DNA of 64,000 nucleotides, from positions 121,262-185,261 of the forward strand of contig NIVC01002307.1 in NCBI GenBank assembly GCA_002269645.1, in the 5' to 3' direction. The position numbers and the translations under genes were made by a program. This DNA comes from Macrostomum lignano (taxonomy: Eukaryota). Shown one piece after another: positions 32,961 through 50,010 of the stretch (position 1 is its first letter; each line of letters starts with the position of its first letter). A model generated the notes under the pieces. The model was not told the origin of the DNA. It did no database searches and worked only from the letters and a program-made list of their open reading frames with translations.

Positions 32961-34327
32961 GAGAATCTCCCAACTGTCTATAAAGAACAGGTAGGTTAAT
33001 ATCAGACAGACTGACAGACTGAACAGGCTTCACTAACTCGCTCACCCCCATGCCTTCACACCTTCTTCCTATCTTCTTCGGCACGCAAGTAAGCTGGATT
33101 GAGAGATGTGTTCTATCAGGTTTCTTAATTAATGTGTCGCGGGGGGGGGGAAGTCGAATGGGGACTTAGCCTCATTGACAGTCCATCACTATAGTGTTGC
33201 TCGCGTGACCCATGAAGCGTCACTACTAGATACTAGCTCAGGGAGTCAGCCACAAGCCTTCTCCCCATCCCTTATCTGATATGGCTACAGCTTTCCCATT
33301 GGGAGATTCGGCGCGATGGAGGGGAACAAGTGAAGGGGATTAGCTCCGAGTTCGTATCACCCCTCGAGCGGGTTCGCAGTATCACACGACCGGCCCCGGC
33401 TCGCATCTGCCCTCCCCCCCCCCCCTGGATTCGCCGCTCTCATCAAGGACGGAAAGAGTTGCTAGGCTGAATCGCATGAGAGGGGGGGGCGCTCCCCAAT
33501 GAAGTGAATTGAGCAGCCCGCCCTGCTCTCGCTGAGCAGCACGATTTGAGGCGTGGCCAGCCCCAGCTCAGCTGCACAGCTCAGCTGCACTATTCTAATC
33601 TTCCCTCCTGCGTCCTCCCGAGCTGCCCTTCCCCCACTTGCTCAGCCGGGACCTGTGAGCGAGTGAAGAGCGGAGAAGGGGAAGCCGCGCAGGAATAATA
33701 AATTATGAACAAGTCGATGCGAGGCCCGGGCTTCACAGCAGCAGAATTGATTAGTTCAAACTGCTCGGGCTAAGGCGCCTCTCCAGGGGTGGAAGGGCGA
33801 GGAAGGCGCAGGGAAGGAGAGGATGGAGAGAGAGAGGCAGCCAAGCCATCGGTTTCGTACCGGCCTTGACGCTCACCAAACCGGACCAGCCCCCCCCCTT
33901 GGACCCGCTGACCCGCTGAGTTGGGGCGGCGGCCGCTGACCCTCCAGTCTTGCAGCAGGGCCTCTCCTGCTGCTGCTGCACTTTTTGCCGAATCAATTTT
34001 TCTCTGGGGCGCGATTGCTGGGCAATAAAGACAAACTCTTGCGACCGGTTGCGATAAATATTTATAGCGGCTATTGCAATATTCACCGCGAGAAGCGACT
34101 AGAAAAATATCCACAGTGAAATCTCGCCCCTGGAACGAAGTAATACGAGGCGAAGAAGGTAAAAAATGATTGATAGATTTGTCTAGAATAATACTGCAAG
34201 AGATGCTGATACAGCTTGGATAGTATCGAGCGATATATAGGTCGCTGGCACTTGCAATTCGTGAGAATTTGTGCGACTTGGACAAATTTGTAAATTTGGA
34301 TAAAATGCATAAATATTAAGAAGTAGT

Positions 34328-35625
34328 CATAGATTGGAGTGATCCCACTAGAGGATAGCTGAACTCCCCGGCGCCCCAGGCCACAGATTGGAGTGATCCC
34401 ACTAGAGGATAGCTGAACTCCCCGGCGCCCCAGGCCACAGATTGGAGTGATCCCACTAGAGGATAGCTGAACTCCCCGGCGCCCCAGGCCACAGATTGGA
34501 GTGATCCCACTAGAGGATAGCTGAACTCCCCGGCGCCCCAGGCCACAGATAGGAGTGATCCCACTAGAGGATAACTGAACCCAGATTGGAATGATCCCAC
34601 TAGAGGACAACTGAACCCAGATTGGAATGATCCCACTAGAGGATAGCTGAACCCAGATTGGAATGATCCCACTAGAGGATAGCTGAACCCAGATTGGAAT
34701 GATCCCACTAGAGGATAGCTGAACCCAGATTGGAATGATTCCACTAGAGGATAACTGAACCCAGATTGGAATGATTCCACTAGAGGATAACTGAACCCAG
34801 ATTGGAGTGATCCCACTAGAGGATAACTGAACCCAGATTGAAATGATCCCACTAGAGGATAGCTGAACCCAGATTGGAATGATCCCACTAGAGGACAACT
34901 GAACCCAGATTGGAATGATCCCACTAGAGGATAACTGAACCCAGATTGGAATGATCCCACTAGAGGATAGCTGAACCCAGATTGGAATGATCCCACTAGA
35001 GGATAACTGAACCCAGATTGGAATGATCCCACTAGAGGATAACTGAACCCAGATTGGAATGATCCCACTAGAGGATAACTGAACCCAGATTGGAATGATC
35101 CCACTAGAGGATAGCTGAACCCAGATTGGAATGATCCCACTAGAGGATAACTGAACCCAGATTGGAATGATCCCACTAGAGGATAGCTGAACCCAGATTG
35201 GAATGATCCCACTAGAGGATAGCTGAACCCAGATTGGAATGATCCCACTAGAGGATAGCTGAACCCAGATTGGAATGATCCCACTAGAGGATAACTGAAC
35301 CCAGATTGGAATGATCCCACTAGAGGATAACTGAACCCAGATTGGAATGATCCCAGAGGATAACTGAACCCAGATTGGAATGATCCCACTAGAGGATAAC
35401 TGAACCCAGATTGGAATGATCCCACTAGAGGATAGCTGAACCCAGATTGGAATGATCCCACTAGAGGATAGCTGAACCCAGATTGGAATGATCCCACTAG
35501 AGGATAGCTGAACCCAGATTGGAATGATCCCACTAGAGGATAACTGAACCCAGATTGGAATGATCCCACTAGAGGATAACTGAACCCAGATTGGAATGAT
35601 CCCACTAGAGGATAACTGAACCCCA
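34328..35625. repeat. 36-bp minisatellite with 54-bp variants at the left end
   Basis: Unit AGATTGGAATGATCCCACTAGAGGATAACTGAACCC. Confidence 0.95.
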
Positions 35626-36957
35626 GCCTCCAGCGGCTCACCTATCGAGTTGTCAATCAAGCCAACCTCCGGGGTCGCCCGTTCTCGCTTCACTCCGGCC
35701 CTGTTCGCCTGCGGGTGGACGCCGAGAACCTCGCCAAGCTTCAGGCCCAGGGCCTCAGCTGCTAAATAACTGAGCTGAGCCAAGTCTCAACCTCCTTCCC
35801 CACCCTGGCAGTCTTCTCTAGCCAGTAGAAAATCGAGAAACGTTCTTGCACTTTTTCCTAAATCCCTTCTCTAATTTCTTCCCCTTTTTTTCTATCTTTC
35901 TCTCCTCTTCTTATCGTGAGCCGGGGCGACCCCCCCCCCCTAGTGCGTCAGTGCGGGTTTCGGTTTTGAGCCAATTTGGAACTGCGCAGCGTTGCGCATA
36001 GGAGATCTTTAGGGCATGATGAAGAAGCATGTAGCTAACAGGCCCAGAGTTTACCAACTTACTCCCATGCTGCTCCAGCCCCCCCCCCCCAATTCCCTTG
36101 CATTGCAGGCTGCAACCAGCTTCCTACATTCTCCATCTCTAACTGCCTGGGCGCGGAGACACGGGGAGGGACGGAGAAAAGATGCAGTGCAGAGGCAAAG
36201 GGTTTAGAGTGGAGCAGGAGGGAGTTGAGGAAGAGGCTACTCAGCTCACCGCGGGAGGCTGGAGTGCGGCAAAGAGCCCCATCCTTCTTCCCTGTCTCCA
36301 CTGCCGCCTTAAGCCCTGTGTGTCGCAAAAGAGGCGAATTGTTACAAGAGGCGCTTCAAGCCCCAGCTGCTCTCAAATTCAACTCAGGATTACTGGCAGC
36401 CATATAGTTTTACAAGTTGGATTTCGCGTTTCTTCCAACTGATTGAGGGCATCTAAGCGTCTAACATACTGGATTATGATGTGCCCTTTACAAGCAAATT
36501 TGTAGACCATCCTAGTTTAGGGCAGATCAATGATAGTTGTTCTGTGAATAATTGCTTTGGAGCTGCAGCTTAGCATTCTAGGAAAGGTCATTGTAATGAA
36601 CGCATTGGAGCTGCAGCTTAGCATTCTAGGAAAGGTCATTGTAATGAACGCATTTGAGCTGCAGCTTAGCATTCTAGGAAAGGTCATTGTAATGAACGCA
36701 TTGGAGCTGCAGCTTAGCATTCTAGGAAAGGTCATTGTAATTAACGCATTGGAGCTGCAGCTTAGCAGTCTAGGAAAGGTCATTGTAATGAACGCATTGG
36801 AGCTGCAGCTTAGCATTCTAGGAAAGGTCATTGTAATGAACGCATTGGAGCTGCAGCTTAGCATTCTAGGAAAGGTCATTGTAATGAACGCATTTGATCT
36901 GCAGCTTAGCATTCTAGGAAAGATAATTGTAATGAACGCATTTGAGCTGCAGCTTAG

Positions 36958-37132
36958 TGTTGTGGCCGCTGGCCAAATGAATAAAGTCAATAATTCACTT
37001 AAGGCGAAGGAGAGGAGAGGTGGCTCTCAGCTATAGTGAGCTAGCCAATATGTATTATCTGACTGATACGAGCTAGATGTACATCGATGCGCGTACGTTA
37101 CATAATAGCATTGAGCATGCACATTCACAACA
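36958..37132 (-). repeat. 3' LTR of the Gypsy element
   Basis: Identical to 41415-41589 except ccaatatGtatt versus ccaatatAtatt. Confidence 0.97.
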
Positions 37133-37246
37133 TCATCCCCCCGTGCAAAGAGGTGACAGATTACGGGTGGGATAAGCAGACGCATTAAAGCAAGCAATGT
37201 CAATGGAACAGTTTTCGGTGCATGAGCAGTCAGTTAGTAAAGTCAG

Positions 37247-40200
37247 TCAATCGTGAGTCACAACGTTGCCGAACCATTGAGGCGGTGCACGAAGTCTCTC
37301 AGAGCGGCGCAGCGGTGGCGTTGGCGGTGGCGCCTCTGGTTGCCCGCCGTCCGGCTGTTGCAGAGCCTCTGTGTCATCGGCCCCGTCACCCCAGCCGTGG
37401 TAGTCATCAAGGATGCAGCGGCTGATGTGCCAGCGGCTGCCGTCGGTCAGAGTGATGGTGTTGCCCTCGCGACTGACGACTGTCTGTGGCTCGGAGACGC
37501 CGCTGCTGAGCTTTCCGCGCCTCGGCCGGCGGACGCGGACGCGGCTCCCGACAGTCAGCGCTGCGTCCTTCAGCGGTTGGTTCCGCTTGCGCATCCGGCG
37601 GCGGCTCTTGGCCCGCTGCTGTCGCTCCGTGACACTGCGCCGCAGCTCCTGGTCCGTCGTTGACTCGGTGCTTGCTGGTTGAAGACGATCGAGAGGCAGG
37701 CGGAGCTTCCGTCCCAGCATCAGTTCGGCCGGCGACTTCTTCGTCAGCGCGTGCTCAGATGATCGGTACGCGAGCAACAGCTCCTGAACCGCCTGCTTTA
37801 CTGGCACACCGTCGGCGAGTAGTGCGCGCAGTGACGTCTTGATGAAGCCGTTGAATCTCTCGACTCCGCCATTCTGCTGTGAACAGTAGAACGGAGTGCG
37901 TCGGTGCTTGATGCCGAGCGAGCTGAGGAAGTCCGTGAACTCGGTTGACACAAACTGAGGTCCGTTGTCCGTGGTAATTTCGTCTGGAAGCCCCCAGCGG
38001 ACGAACAGGCTGCGAAGGGCTTCGATACACGCAGCGGAAGTCACGGATGAAGATGCGATGATCTCAGGCCACTTGGAGTAGAGATCGTGGACGACGATGA
38101 AAAATCGATGGGACTGCGGCACATTGGCTTCCGGCAGCTCTCCAACGATATCGACTTGCAGCTGTTGCCATGGACCCGCTGGTAGCTCCGTCGTTGACCA
38201 TGGGACCTTGATCGGCTTGAACGCTTTCTCGGACAGGACGCAGGCACTGCAGTTCCGCACGAAGGCCTCCACGTCGCTGTCGATGCGCGGCCACCAGACC
38301 GTATCGCGGCACCGCGCCTTGACCTTGGCGACGCCGAGATGTCCTTGATGCGCCTCTGCCAGCACAAGGTCGCGGAGGTCAGTCGGGATGACGGCTCGGC
38401 TGCCTCTCGCCAGGCAGCAACCATCGTTCCACAGGTAGAGCTCGTGTTGCACCTGGTGGAAGCCCTTCAGGTCGGCTGGAACCTCGGCTGGCCATCCGTT
38501 GATGAGAAACCCGATGACTCGCTGCAGTTGGTTGTCGCTCTTGGTTGCGTCGGCCAGTTGAGTGACTGAGATCGGCTCGGCGCTTCTGGCCAGCACCAGG
38601 TTGATGTCGGACTCGCTCTGGTGCTGCTCATTGGACTCGTTGGCTGCGCTCTTGCCGTCGTAGCCGTAGCGAGACAGAAAGTCGGGCTGGACGTTGAGCT
38701 TGCCGGGGACGTACTCGATGTCGAAGTCGTAGACGAAGAGTCGCTCGCACCAGCGCTGAAGTCGAAGAGGTCGTTGGCCGACTCCTCGAGGTGACAGCAG
38801 GGTCGTCAGTGCTTGATGGTCGGTGAGAAGCTTGAACTTGCGACCGTACAGCAGCAGGTGCCAATGCTCGCAGCTCCAGACGCAGGCCAAGGCCTCCTTC
38901 TCTGACGCAGAGTAGCGGCGCTCGGTGTCGGATAGGGCTCGCGAGGCGAAGGCGACTGGCCGCAGCTGTCCGTGCTCGTCGACTTGGCTCAGGGTCGCGC
39001 CCAGGGCGACGTCGCTGCTGTCGCAGGAGACGACGGTTTCGTGATCTTGGTCGAAGAACTTCAGGCACGGTGCTGATGAGATGAGCCGCTTCACCTCACT
39101 GAAGGCTGCCTCGCATTTCGCGTCCCAGTTCCATGGCGCGTCCTTGCGCAGGAGCGCTGTCAGCGGCTCGGCGACGTGAGACAGGTTCTTGATGTAGAAC
39201 TGGAAGAACTTTGCAAAGCCTAGGAATGAAGCCAACTCTGCCGTATTGGTGGGTGCCTTGAGTTTCGATACGGACTCGGTGTGCGACTGGAGAGGTTGAA
39301 TTCCCGCTGCGCTGACGCGGTGTCCGACGAACTCGATCTCCGACGCCTTGAAGGTGCACTTCTTGAGATTGACGGTTACTCGATGCTGCAGCAGCTTGTC
39401 CAGTACCTGAAGTACGCGACTTTTATGCTCGGCTTCCGTAGCGGCGTGAACGGCGATGTCGTCTTGGTAGTGAACGACGCCTCTGATGCCTTGGAGGATC
39501 TTGCCGACGACCTTCTGGAAGGCCGCCGGAGCCGAGCTGATGCCGAACGGCATCCGTCTGAACCGGTAGAGGCCGGATTCGGTGTGGAAGCAGCTCAGAT
39601 TCTTGGCGTCATCGTGCAGAGGCAGCTGTAGATACGACTGGTTGAGGTCGATCCTTGAGAAAAACTTCGAATTGTTGAATTCGGTCACCAGGTCGGCGAA
39701 GGTAGGCAGTGACATCGAGTCCGGGATGATCGCCTTGTTGACGCTTCGCAGATCAACGCAGAGGCGCAGCTTCCCATCGGCCTTGCGGGCACAGGTGACG
39801 TTGGACTGCCAGTCAGGGATGTCGCCGTCGACTCGCTCGATGATGCCTTCTTCCTCCCAGCGTTGAATCTCGCTGTCGCACTCCTGGCGCAGCGCTAGAG
39901 GCAGTCGGCGCAGACGCTGAGCTACGGGAGGCACAGTTGGGTCAACTCTGGGACGGTGGCAGAACCCTTTGATCTCACCGAGTCCGGTGCCCAAGGCGTG
40001 GTACTTAGCTGGAATCCATTCGGGCATCGACGTGGTCAAAGGCTCCTCGGACTCGACCGCAGCAATCTGATGTCCGGAAGGCCCGAGAACTCTGCAGTTC
40101 AGCTTGTCCATCAGGTCGATTCCCATCAGGTCATCGCCGTCCATGACGACGGTGAAGGTGAACGACGGGAGCTGAACGCATTCGAACTCGACCGTGGCGT

Positions 40201-41326
40201 CGATCTCGCCGGCGACACTGATGCTGGAGCCGTTGTATGACACGAGCTGTCTCTTTGACGGTCGCAGGGGGACCTTGGCGCCGAAAAGCTTCCGGCAGGT
40301 CTGCATGTTGATGATGGAGACTTTGGCAGCTGTGTCCACCAACAGCGGAGTGCTGAACCCGTTGATCCTGACGCTGGCTCTCTTGTACTCGCCTTTCTTG
40401 TCCGTGCTGACGGCGAAGATGCTTTGCTGAGCGGAGCTGTCGAAGTCGACGCCTTGAACCTTTTTCTGAGCCGAGTGCGGTGCCGTGGTGCTGCTCTTGC
40501 ACACGCTGGCGAAATGGTTGAGCTTTCCGCACTTCTTACACGCTTTGCCACGAGCAGCGCAGCGCGGGTCGCTGCCTGTGCGGTGGCCCGGCTTACCGCA
40601 GTGCGAGCAGCAGGGCTCTTGCGTTGGTCGCGCTGCCTGGCCTCTGGTGCCGATCGGAGCTCTCTTGACGTTGATCTTCCTGATGCCGTCGTCAGCTGCA
40701 TTCTTGCCGGTCAAGGACTTCTCACTCTGGACAGCTTTTTCCACCTGGGCAGCAATCTGGATTGCTCCGTCCAGGGTGAGTTTTCGCTCTAGCAGGAGGC
40801 GTTCGCGCACCTTCGCTGATGAAGTGCCGAAGATCAGCTGGTCCAGGATGAGGTCGTCGTGAAGGCTCTGGAACTCGCAGTCTCTGGCGGCATGACGCAA
40901 GTTTGCCACGAATGCGTGCACGCCTTCGCCGCCCCGCTGGACGCACTTCAAGAAGTCATGGCGCTTGGCATACACGCTGACGGTGGGCTGAAAGTGCTCC
41001 TTGAGCAGTTTGCATGCCGCTTCGAGTGTCGCTGGAGCTTCATCTGGAGACTTGATGAGAGTCCGGTAGACTCGCACTTCTTCCCGCCCGAGGCAGTGCA
41101 CGAGCAGTGCGATCTTCCTGGCTTCTTGCAAGCCGTCGACTCCTGACGCTAGCAGGTAGGTGTCGAACTCAGCGGCCCAAGTTTCCCATGAAACCACAGG
41201 TGTTCCTGGGTTGTCGAGAAATGGAGGCGGTTCTCTGAGGTTTAGTCGTAGCGCTGGCGCTGTGGCGTTGTCAGAGCTGCTCATTTCTAAATTCACTGAG
41301 TTGAGTTTGCAGAATTGCAAGGCCAT
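37247..41326 (-). CDS. Gag-Pol polyprotein (2 Cys/His zinc knuckles, aspartic protease, RT, RNase H, integrase), 1359 aa
   Basis: CSHCGKPGH...C and CKKCGKLNHFASVC; LLVDTAA; RT LRLCVDLR...YQDD; RNase H CDSS...SEKEALA; integrase H-H-C-C followed by QVDIV/TDNGPQF/GGVERFN. Domain order PR-RT-RH-IN is Gypsy-type. Confidence 0.96.
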   Translation of the reverse strand: MALQFCKLNSVNLEMSSSDNATAPALRLNLREPPPFLDNPGTPVVSWETWAAEFDTYLLASGVDGLQEARKIALLVHCLGREEVRVYRTLIKSPDEAPATLEAACKLLKEHFQPTVSVYAKRHDFLKCVQRGGEGVHAFVANLRHAARDCEFQSLHDDLILDQLIFGTSSAKVRERLLLERKLTLDGAIQIAAQVEKAVQSEKSLTGKNAADDGIRKINVKRAPIGTRGQAARPTQEPCCSHCGKPGHRTGSDPRCAARGKACKKCGKLNHFASVCKSSTTAPHSAQKKVQGVDFDSSAQQSIFAVSTDKKGEYKRASVRINGFSTPLLVDTAAKVSIINMQTCRKLFGAKVPLRPSKRQLVSYNGSSISVAGEIDATVEFECVQLPSFTFTVVMDGDDLMGIDLMDKLNCRVLGPSGHQIAAVESEEPLTTSMPEWIPAKYHALGTGLGEIKGFCHRPRVDPTVPPVAQRLRRLPLALRQECDSEIQRWEEEGIIERVDGDIPDWQSNVTCARKADGKLRLCVDLRSVNKAIIPDSMSLPTFADLVTEFNNSKFFSRIDLNQSYLQLPLHDDAKNLSCFHTESGLYRFRRMPFGISSAPAAFQKVVGKILQGIRGVVHYQDDIAVHAATEAEHKSRVLQVLDKLLQHRVTVNLKKCTFKASEIEFVGHRVSAAGIQPLQSHTESVSKLKAPTNTAELASFLGFAKFFQFYIKNLSHVAEPLTALLRKDAPWNWDAKCEAAFSEVKRLISSAPCLKFFDQDHETVVSCDSSDVALGATLSQVDEHGQLRPVAFASRALSDTERRYSASEKEALACVWSCEHWHLLLYGRKFKLLTDHQALTTLLSPRGVGQRPLRLQRWCERLFVYDFDIEYVPGKLNVQPDFLSRYGYDGKSAANESNEQHQSESDINLVLARSAEPISVTQLADATKSDNQLQRVIGFLINGWPAEVPADLKGFHQVQHELYLWNDGCCLARGSRAVIPTDLRDLVLAEAHQGHLGVAKVKARCRDTVWWPRIDSDVEAFVRNCSACVLSEKAFKPIKVPWSTTELPAGPWQQLQVDIVGELPEANVPQSHRFFIVVHDLYSKWPEIIASSSVTSAACIEALRSLFVRWGLPDEITTDNGPQFVSTEFTDFLSSLGIKHRRTPFYCSQQNGGVERFNGFIKTSLRALLADGVPVKQAVQELLLAYRSSEHALTKKSPAELMLGRKLRLPLDRLQPASTESTTDQELRRSVTERQQRAKSRRRMRKRNQPLKDAALTVGSRVRVRRPRRGKLSSGVSEPQTVVSREGNTITLTDGSRWHISRCILDDYHGWGDGADDTEALQQPDGGQPEAPPPTPPLRRSERLRAPPQWFGNVVTHD

Positions 41327-41395
41327 AGCGAGAGTTTGACTTGTGGGCCTTGGCTGCCGTGAGTTGAGTTTTGCGCGGGGTGGTTTTTCGCTAAG

Positions 41396-41413
41396 TCCCT
41401 GCTCGCGATGCCA
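41396..41413 (-). promoter_or_regulatory. primer binding site of the Gypsy element (possibly tRNA-Ser)
   Basis: TGGCATCGCGAGCAGGGA begins 1 nt after the 5' LTR; TGG complements the tRNA CCA end. tRNA identity is inferred. Confidence 0.8.
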
Positions 41414-41414
41414 G

Positions 41415-41589
41415 TGTTGTGGCCGCTGGCCAAATGAATAAAGTCAATAATTCACTTAAGGCGAAGGAGAGGAGAGGTGGCTCTCAGCTATAGTGAGCTA
41501 GCCAATATATATTATCTGACTGATACGAGCTAGATGTACATCGATGCGCGTACGTTACATAATAGCATTGAGCATGCACATTCACAACA
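41415..41589 (-). repeat. 5' LTR of the Gypsy element
   Basis: 175-bp direct repeat of 36958-37132, with TG...CA ends and 7-bp terminal inverted repeats. Confidence 0.97.
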
Positions 41590-42066
41590 CTTAGCATTCT
41601 AGGAAAGATAATTGTAATTAACGCATTTGAGCTGCAGCTTAGCATTCTAGGAAAGGTCATTGTAATGAACGCATTTGAGCTGCAGCTTAGCATTATAGGA
41701 AAGGTCATTAAATGAGCATAGCAATTATACATTCGAGTAATTCAAGCAGCCCTACTACAAAGAGCAAAACTTACCGATCGAGTAGCTTTTTCGAATCCAG
41801 ACGAATCCCCTTTGACGTGAGGCTGCCGTGAACTACTCTCGACCCTAAAGAGCAATTCTATCAAATGCGCTACCGTAAGGAGATCTCTGGCTTATTCTTG
41901 AATCTCTTGTCCGGCCTTTAAGCTTTACTCTCTCCTCGCCTCTCCTCTCCTCTCTGTCCAACCGGGACCGCCACTTGAATTTATGCATTCAGCCCCAACC
42001 CTCCAGTGCAAACACAAGATCCAATGCCGATAGGCCCGCATCAGCTTAATCCTTTGCTTCAAAGTT

Positions 42067-42067
<1 letters not shown>

Positions 42068-42136
<69 letters not shown>
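42068..42136. repeat. (CT)n microsatellite
   Basis: ~34 perfect dinucleotide units. Confidence 0.97.
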
Positions 42137-42138
<2 letters not shown>

Positions 42139-42623
42139 CTCGGCCTTTTACAAGCAGTTTCAAACAAATACTCCGGGGGGGGATTTTTATCCCCTATCCT
42201 ATCCACGCAGCAGGCTCCTTAACATGTCCGCCGCTTGTCTTGTCCTTAAAGCGAAAGGGGGTACGACACTCCTCTCTCGCCCACAGTTGGAGGCAGTTGG
42301 CACTGGCCACGTGGCGTTGCCGAAGCGCCCCCGAGGGGGCAGCACACTCACACACTCACTCAGGCCGCCTCTGCAGACTTGAAGAATGCGAGTTCCCCCC
42401 ACACCATGTTCCTCATTATTCCTATCCTGCATGCCGAGTGTCCAACCGGGTTTTTGTCCGTGTTTCTGTCCTAGGAACTACAAGCTATGATAAATTGTGT
42501 TTTAAAGGGACTGTTCGGCGGGTTTAAACGTCAAACTTTATACGAGCTGGAACTGGAGAGGGAGCAAAATTAATTGCCAAGGGGACATTTATAACCCGCA
42601 GCTGTTTGTTCCTTAGTTCTGGC

Positions 42624-43331
42624 CAGATGCAGTGGATAGATGCAGTGGATAGATGCAGTGGATAGATGCAGTGGATAGATGCAGTGGATAGATGCAGTGG
42701 ATAGATGCAGTGGATAGATGCAGTGGATAGATGCAGTGGATAGATGCAGTGGATAGATGCAGTGGATAGATGCAGTGGATAGATGCAGTGGATAGATGCA
42801 GTGGATAGATGCAGTGGATAGATGCAGTGGATAGATGCAGTGGATAGATGCAGTGGATAGATGCAGTGGATAGATGCAGTGGATAGATGCAGTGGATAGA
42901 TGCAGTGGATAGATGCAGTGGATAGATGCAGTGGATAGATGCAGTGGATAGATGCAGTGGATAGATGCAGTGGATAGATGCAGTGGATAGATGCAGTGGA
43001 TAGATGCAGTGGATAGATGCAGTGGATAGATGCAGTGGATAGATGCAGTGGATAGATGCAGTGGATAGATGCAGTGGATAGATGCAGTGGATAGATGCAG
43101 TGGATAGATGCAGTGGATAGATGCAGTGGATAGATGCAGTGGATAGATGCAGTGGATAGATGCAGTGGATAGATGCAGTGGACAGATGCAGTGGACAGAT
43201 GCAGTGGACAGATGCAGTGGATAGATGCAGTGGACAGATGCAGTGGATAGATGCAGTGGATAGATGCAGTGGATAGATGCAGTGGATAGATGCAGTGGAT
43301 AGATGCAGTGGACAGATGCAGTGGACAGATG
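42624..43331. repeat. 13-bp minisatellite (GATGCAGTGGATA)
   Basis: ~54 near-perfect copies. Confidence 0.97.
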
Positions 43332-43407
43332 GAGCAGCTTAGACCATGGACTACTGGTCCTTTAACTCGGAATGGAAACTGCAGCTTTTATCATGGACTG
43401 CCCTGAG

Positions 43408-43480
43408 GGGGCCGTAGCCCAGTGGTCTGGCGCGGCGCTCTGATGCGCCAGTGGCCCAGGCTCGATTCCAAGTGCAGTCA
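43408..43480 (+). mobile_element. tRNA-derived SINE head / tRNA pseudogene
   Basis: GGGGCCGTAGCCCAGTGG start; GGCGC/GCGCC anticodon-like stem; B-box-like GGCTCGATTCC (43459-43469). Confidence 0.55.
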
Positions 43481-44214
43481 CATTAATTTGGGGCTGAATT
43501 GGAATCTCAGCTTGACTTTGCTCGCGCAATTAACGGCCTTAAGGGCCAACCCCCAAGGCACAGTGAAGTGTACATGCCTAACGATAAATAAAGTTAGGGC
43601 CGCTGTACACTCCTGTGTGAGTGTGTGCCTGCGTACGTATCCGCGCGCTTGTATGCCTGCTCAGGGGAGTCGGTGAAATGGGCAGCAATGCCTCTCGCCG
43701 GTTGTGTGACAATGTCGCTTAAAGTGCGCCAGGGTGCACACAGCCCCCTGCCTCTAAAAAACTAAAAAATGGGACTAAGCTGGCTTTAACGAGGGAAATA
43801 AACTCACTGTAAACCTCTAATCATAATTAGATTACTTATTTAGTTTTAGGTTAGAACTGAAAACTAATAAGTGCAGTTGTTTCAGTATTAAAGAACATAT
43901 TTGACTTTGCAGTTGAAGCCAACAACTAACTTTCCGGCCGTTAAAGCAGAAATCAGGCCAAGTCATTTTCTGAATGAATGAAAATTGGCTTTCGCAAGCA
44001 GAGCTTCCGTCTTAACACTTGGCAATCGTAAAGTTACAGTTCGGGACTGGCCTTCGCAGACCCGCGGTCCCTGCGTAAGTGTCGCGGAAAATAACAGATA
44101 ACAGATAAGATATAACTTGAGCTTAAAGTCTGGTAAGGAATACACGAGCTAGCTAGTATGTTTATCGTTTCGCCAGTGCATTTAGTATGCTCTTGAGAAT
44201 GCATTGCGCTATTC

Positions 44215-44420
44215 AGGGGCGCCAATAAGGGGCGCTAACCAAGGGCCCTATTCAGGGGCGCCAATCAGGGTTGCTAATCAGGGGCGCCAATCAGGGGTGC
44301 CAATCAGAGGCCCTAATCAGGGGCGCCAATCAGGGGTGCCAATCAGAGGCCCTAATCAGGGGTGCCAATCAGGGGCGCCAATCAGGGGTGCCAATCAAGG
44401 GCGCTAATCAGGGGCGCCAG
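44215..44420. repeat. ~13-bp degenerate repeat AATCAGGGGCGCC
   Basis: Repeated CCAATCAGG(G) motifs. Confidence 0.85.
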
Positions 44421-44714
44421 CTAGGGGCGACGTCCAGGGTTTCATTAGCGCCATCGCTAAGTACATGATGTAAGAGTCACAACAGACATCCCCCTAAGAG
44501 ATAAAAGGATTAATTGAAATCTGATATGCCCTCAACACAATTCCAGACTGAGCATGAGAATATTGTCTATGGTCTTGAGTTCCAAGAAGGGACTCATGCA
44601 AGCATAGCCGTGCGCGTCTTGTGAATTATAAGTAGTTCTTACTTGACACAACGTTGTTTATTGAAACTTAGGTATCGAGACGGACGAAAGCAGCAATTAG
44701 ACAAGAATCAAGAA

Positions 44715-50010
<5,296 letters not shown>

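Larger units (their letters stand above)
36958..41589 (-). mobile_element. full-length Ty3/Gypsy LTR retrotransposon (Mag-clade-like), 4,632 bp
   Basis: LTRs at 36958-37132 and 41415-41589 (175 bp, TGTTGTG...CACAACA, 1 mismatch); 5-bp TSD CTTAG at 36953-36957 and 41590-41594; PBS next to the 5' LTR; PPT GGGGGGATGA next to the 3' LTR; single gag-pol ORF. Confidence 0.97.
36559..41710. repeat. 48-bp minisatellite interrupted by the Gypsy insertion (36559-36957 and 41590-41710)
   Basis: Unit GAGCTGCAGCTTAGCATTCTAGGAAAGGTCATTGTAATGAACGCATTG resumes in register after the element. Confidence 0.93.

Noticed and set aside
29695-32994. 1099-aa + strand ORF
   Set aside because: Antisense to the cholinesterase and almost entirely the 32/37-bp array, whose + strand lacks stop triplets in every frame.
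32818-33084. 89-aa N-terminal extension of the cholinesterase ORF
   Set aside because: Overlaps a tRNA-like remnant and precedes a good signal peptide starting at ATG 32817.
34083-35783. 566-aa and 441-aa - strand ORFs
   Set aside because: Open only because the unit lengths (36/54 bp) are multiples of 3; no coding features.
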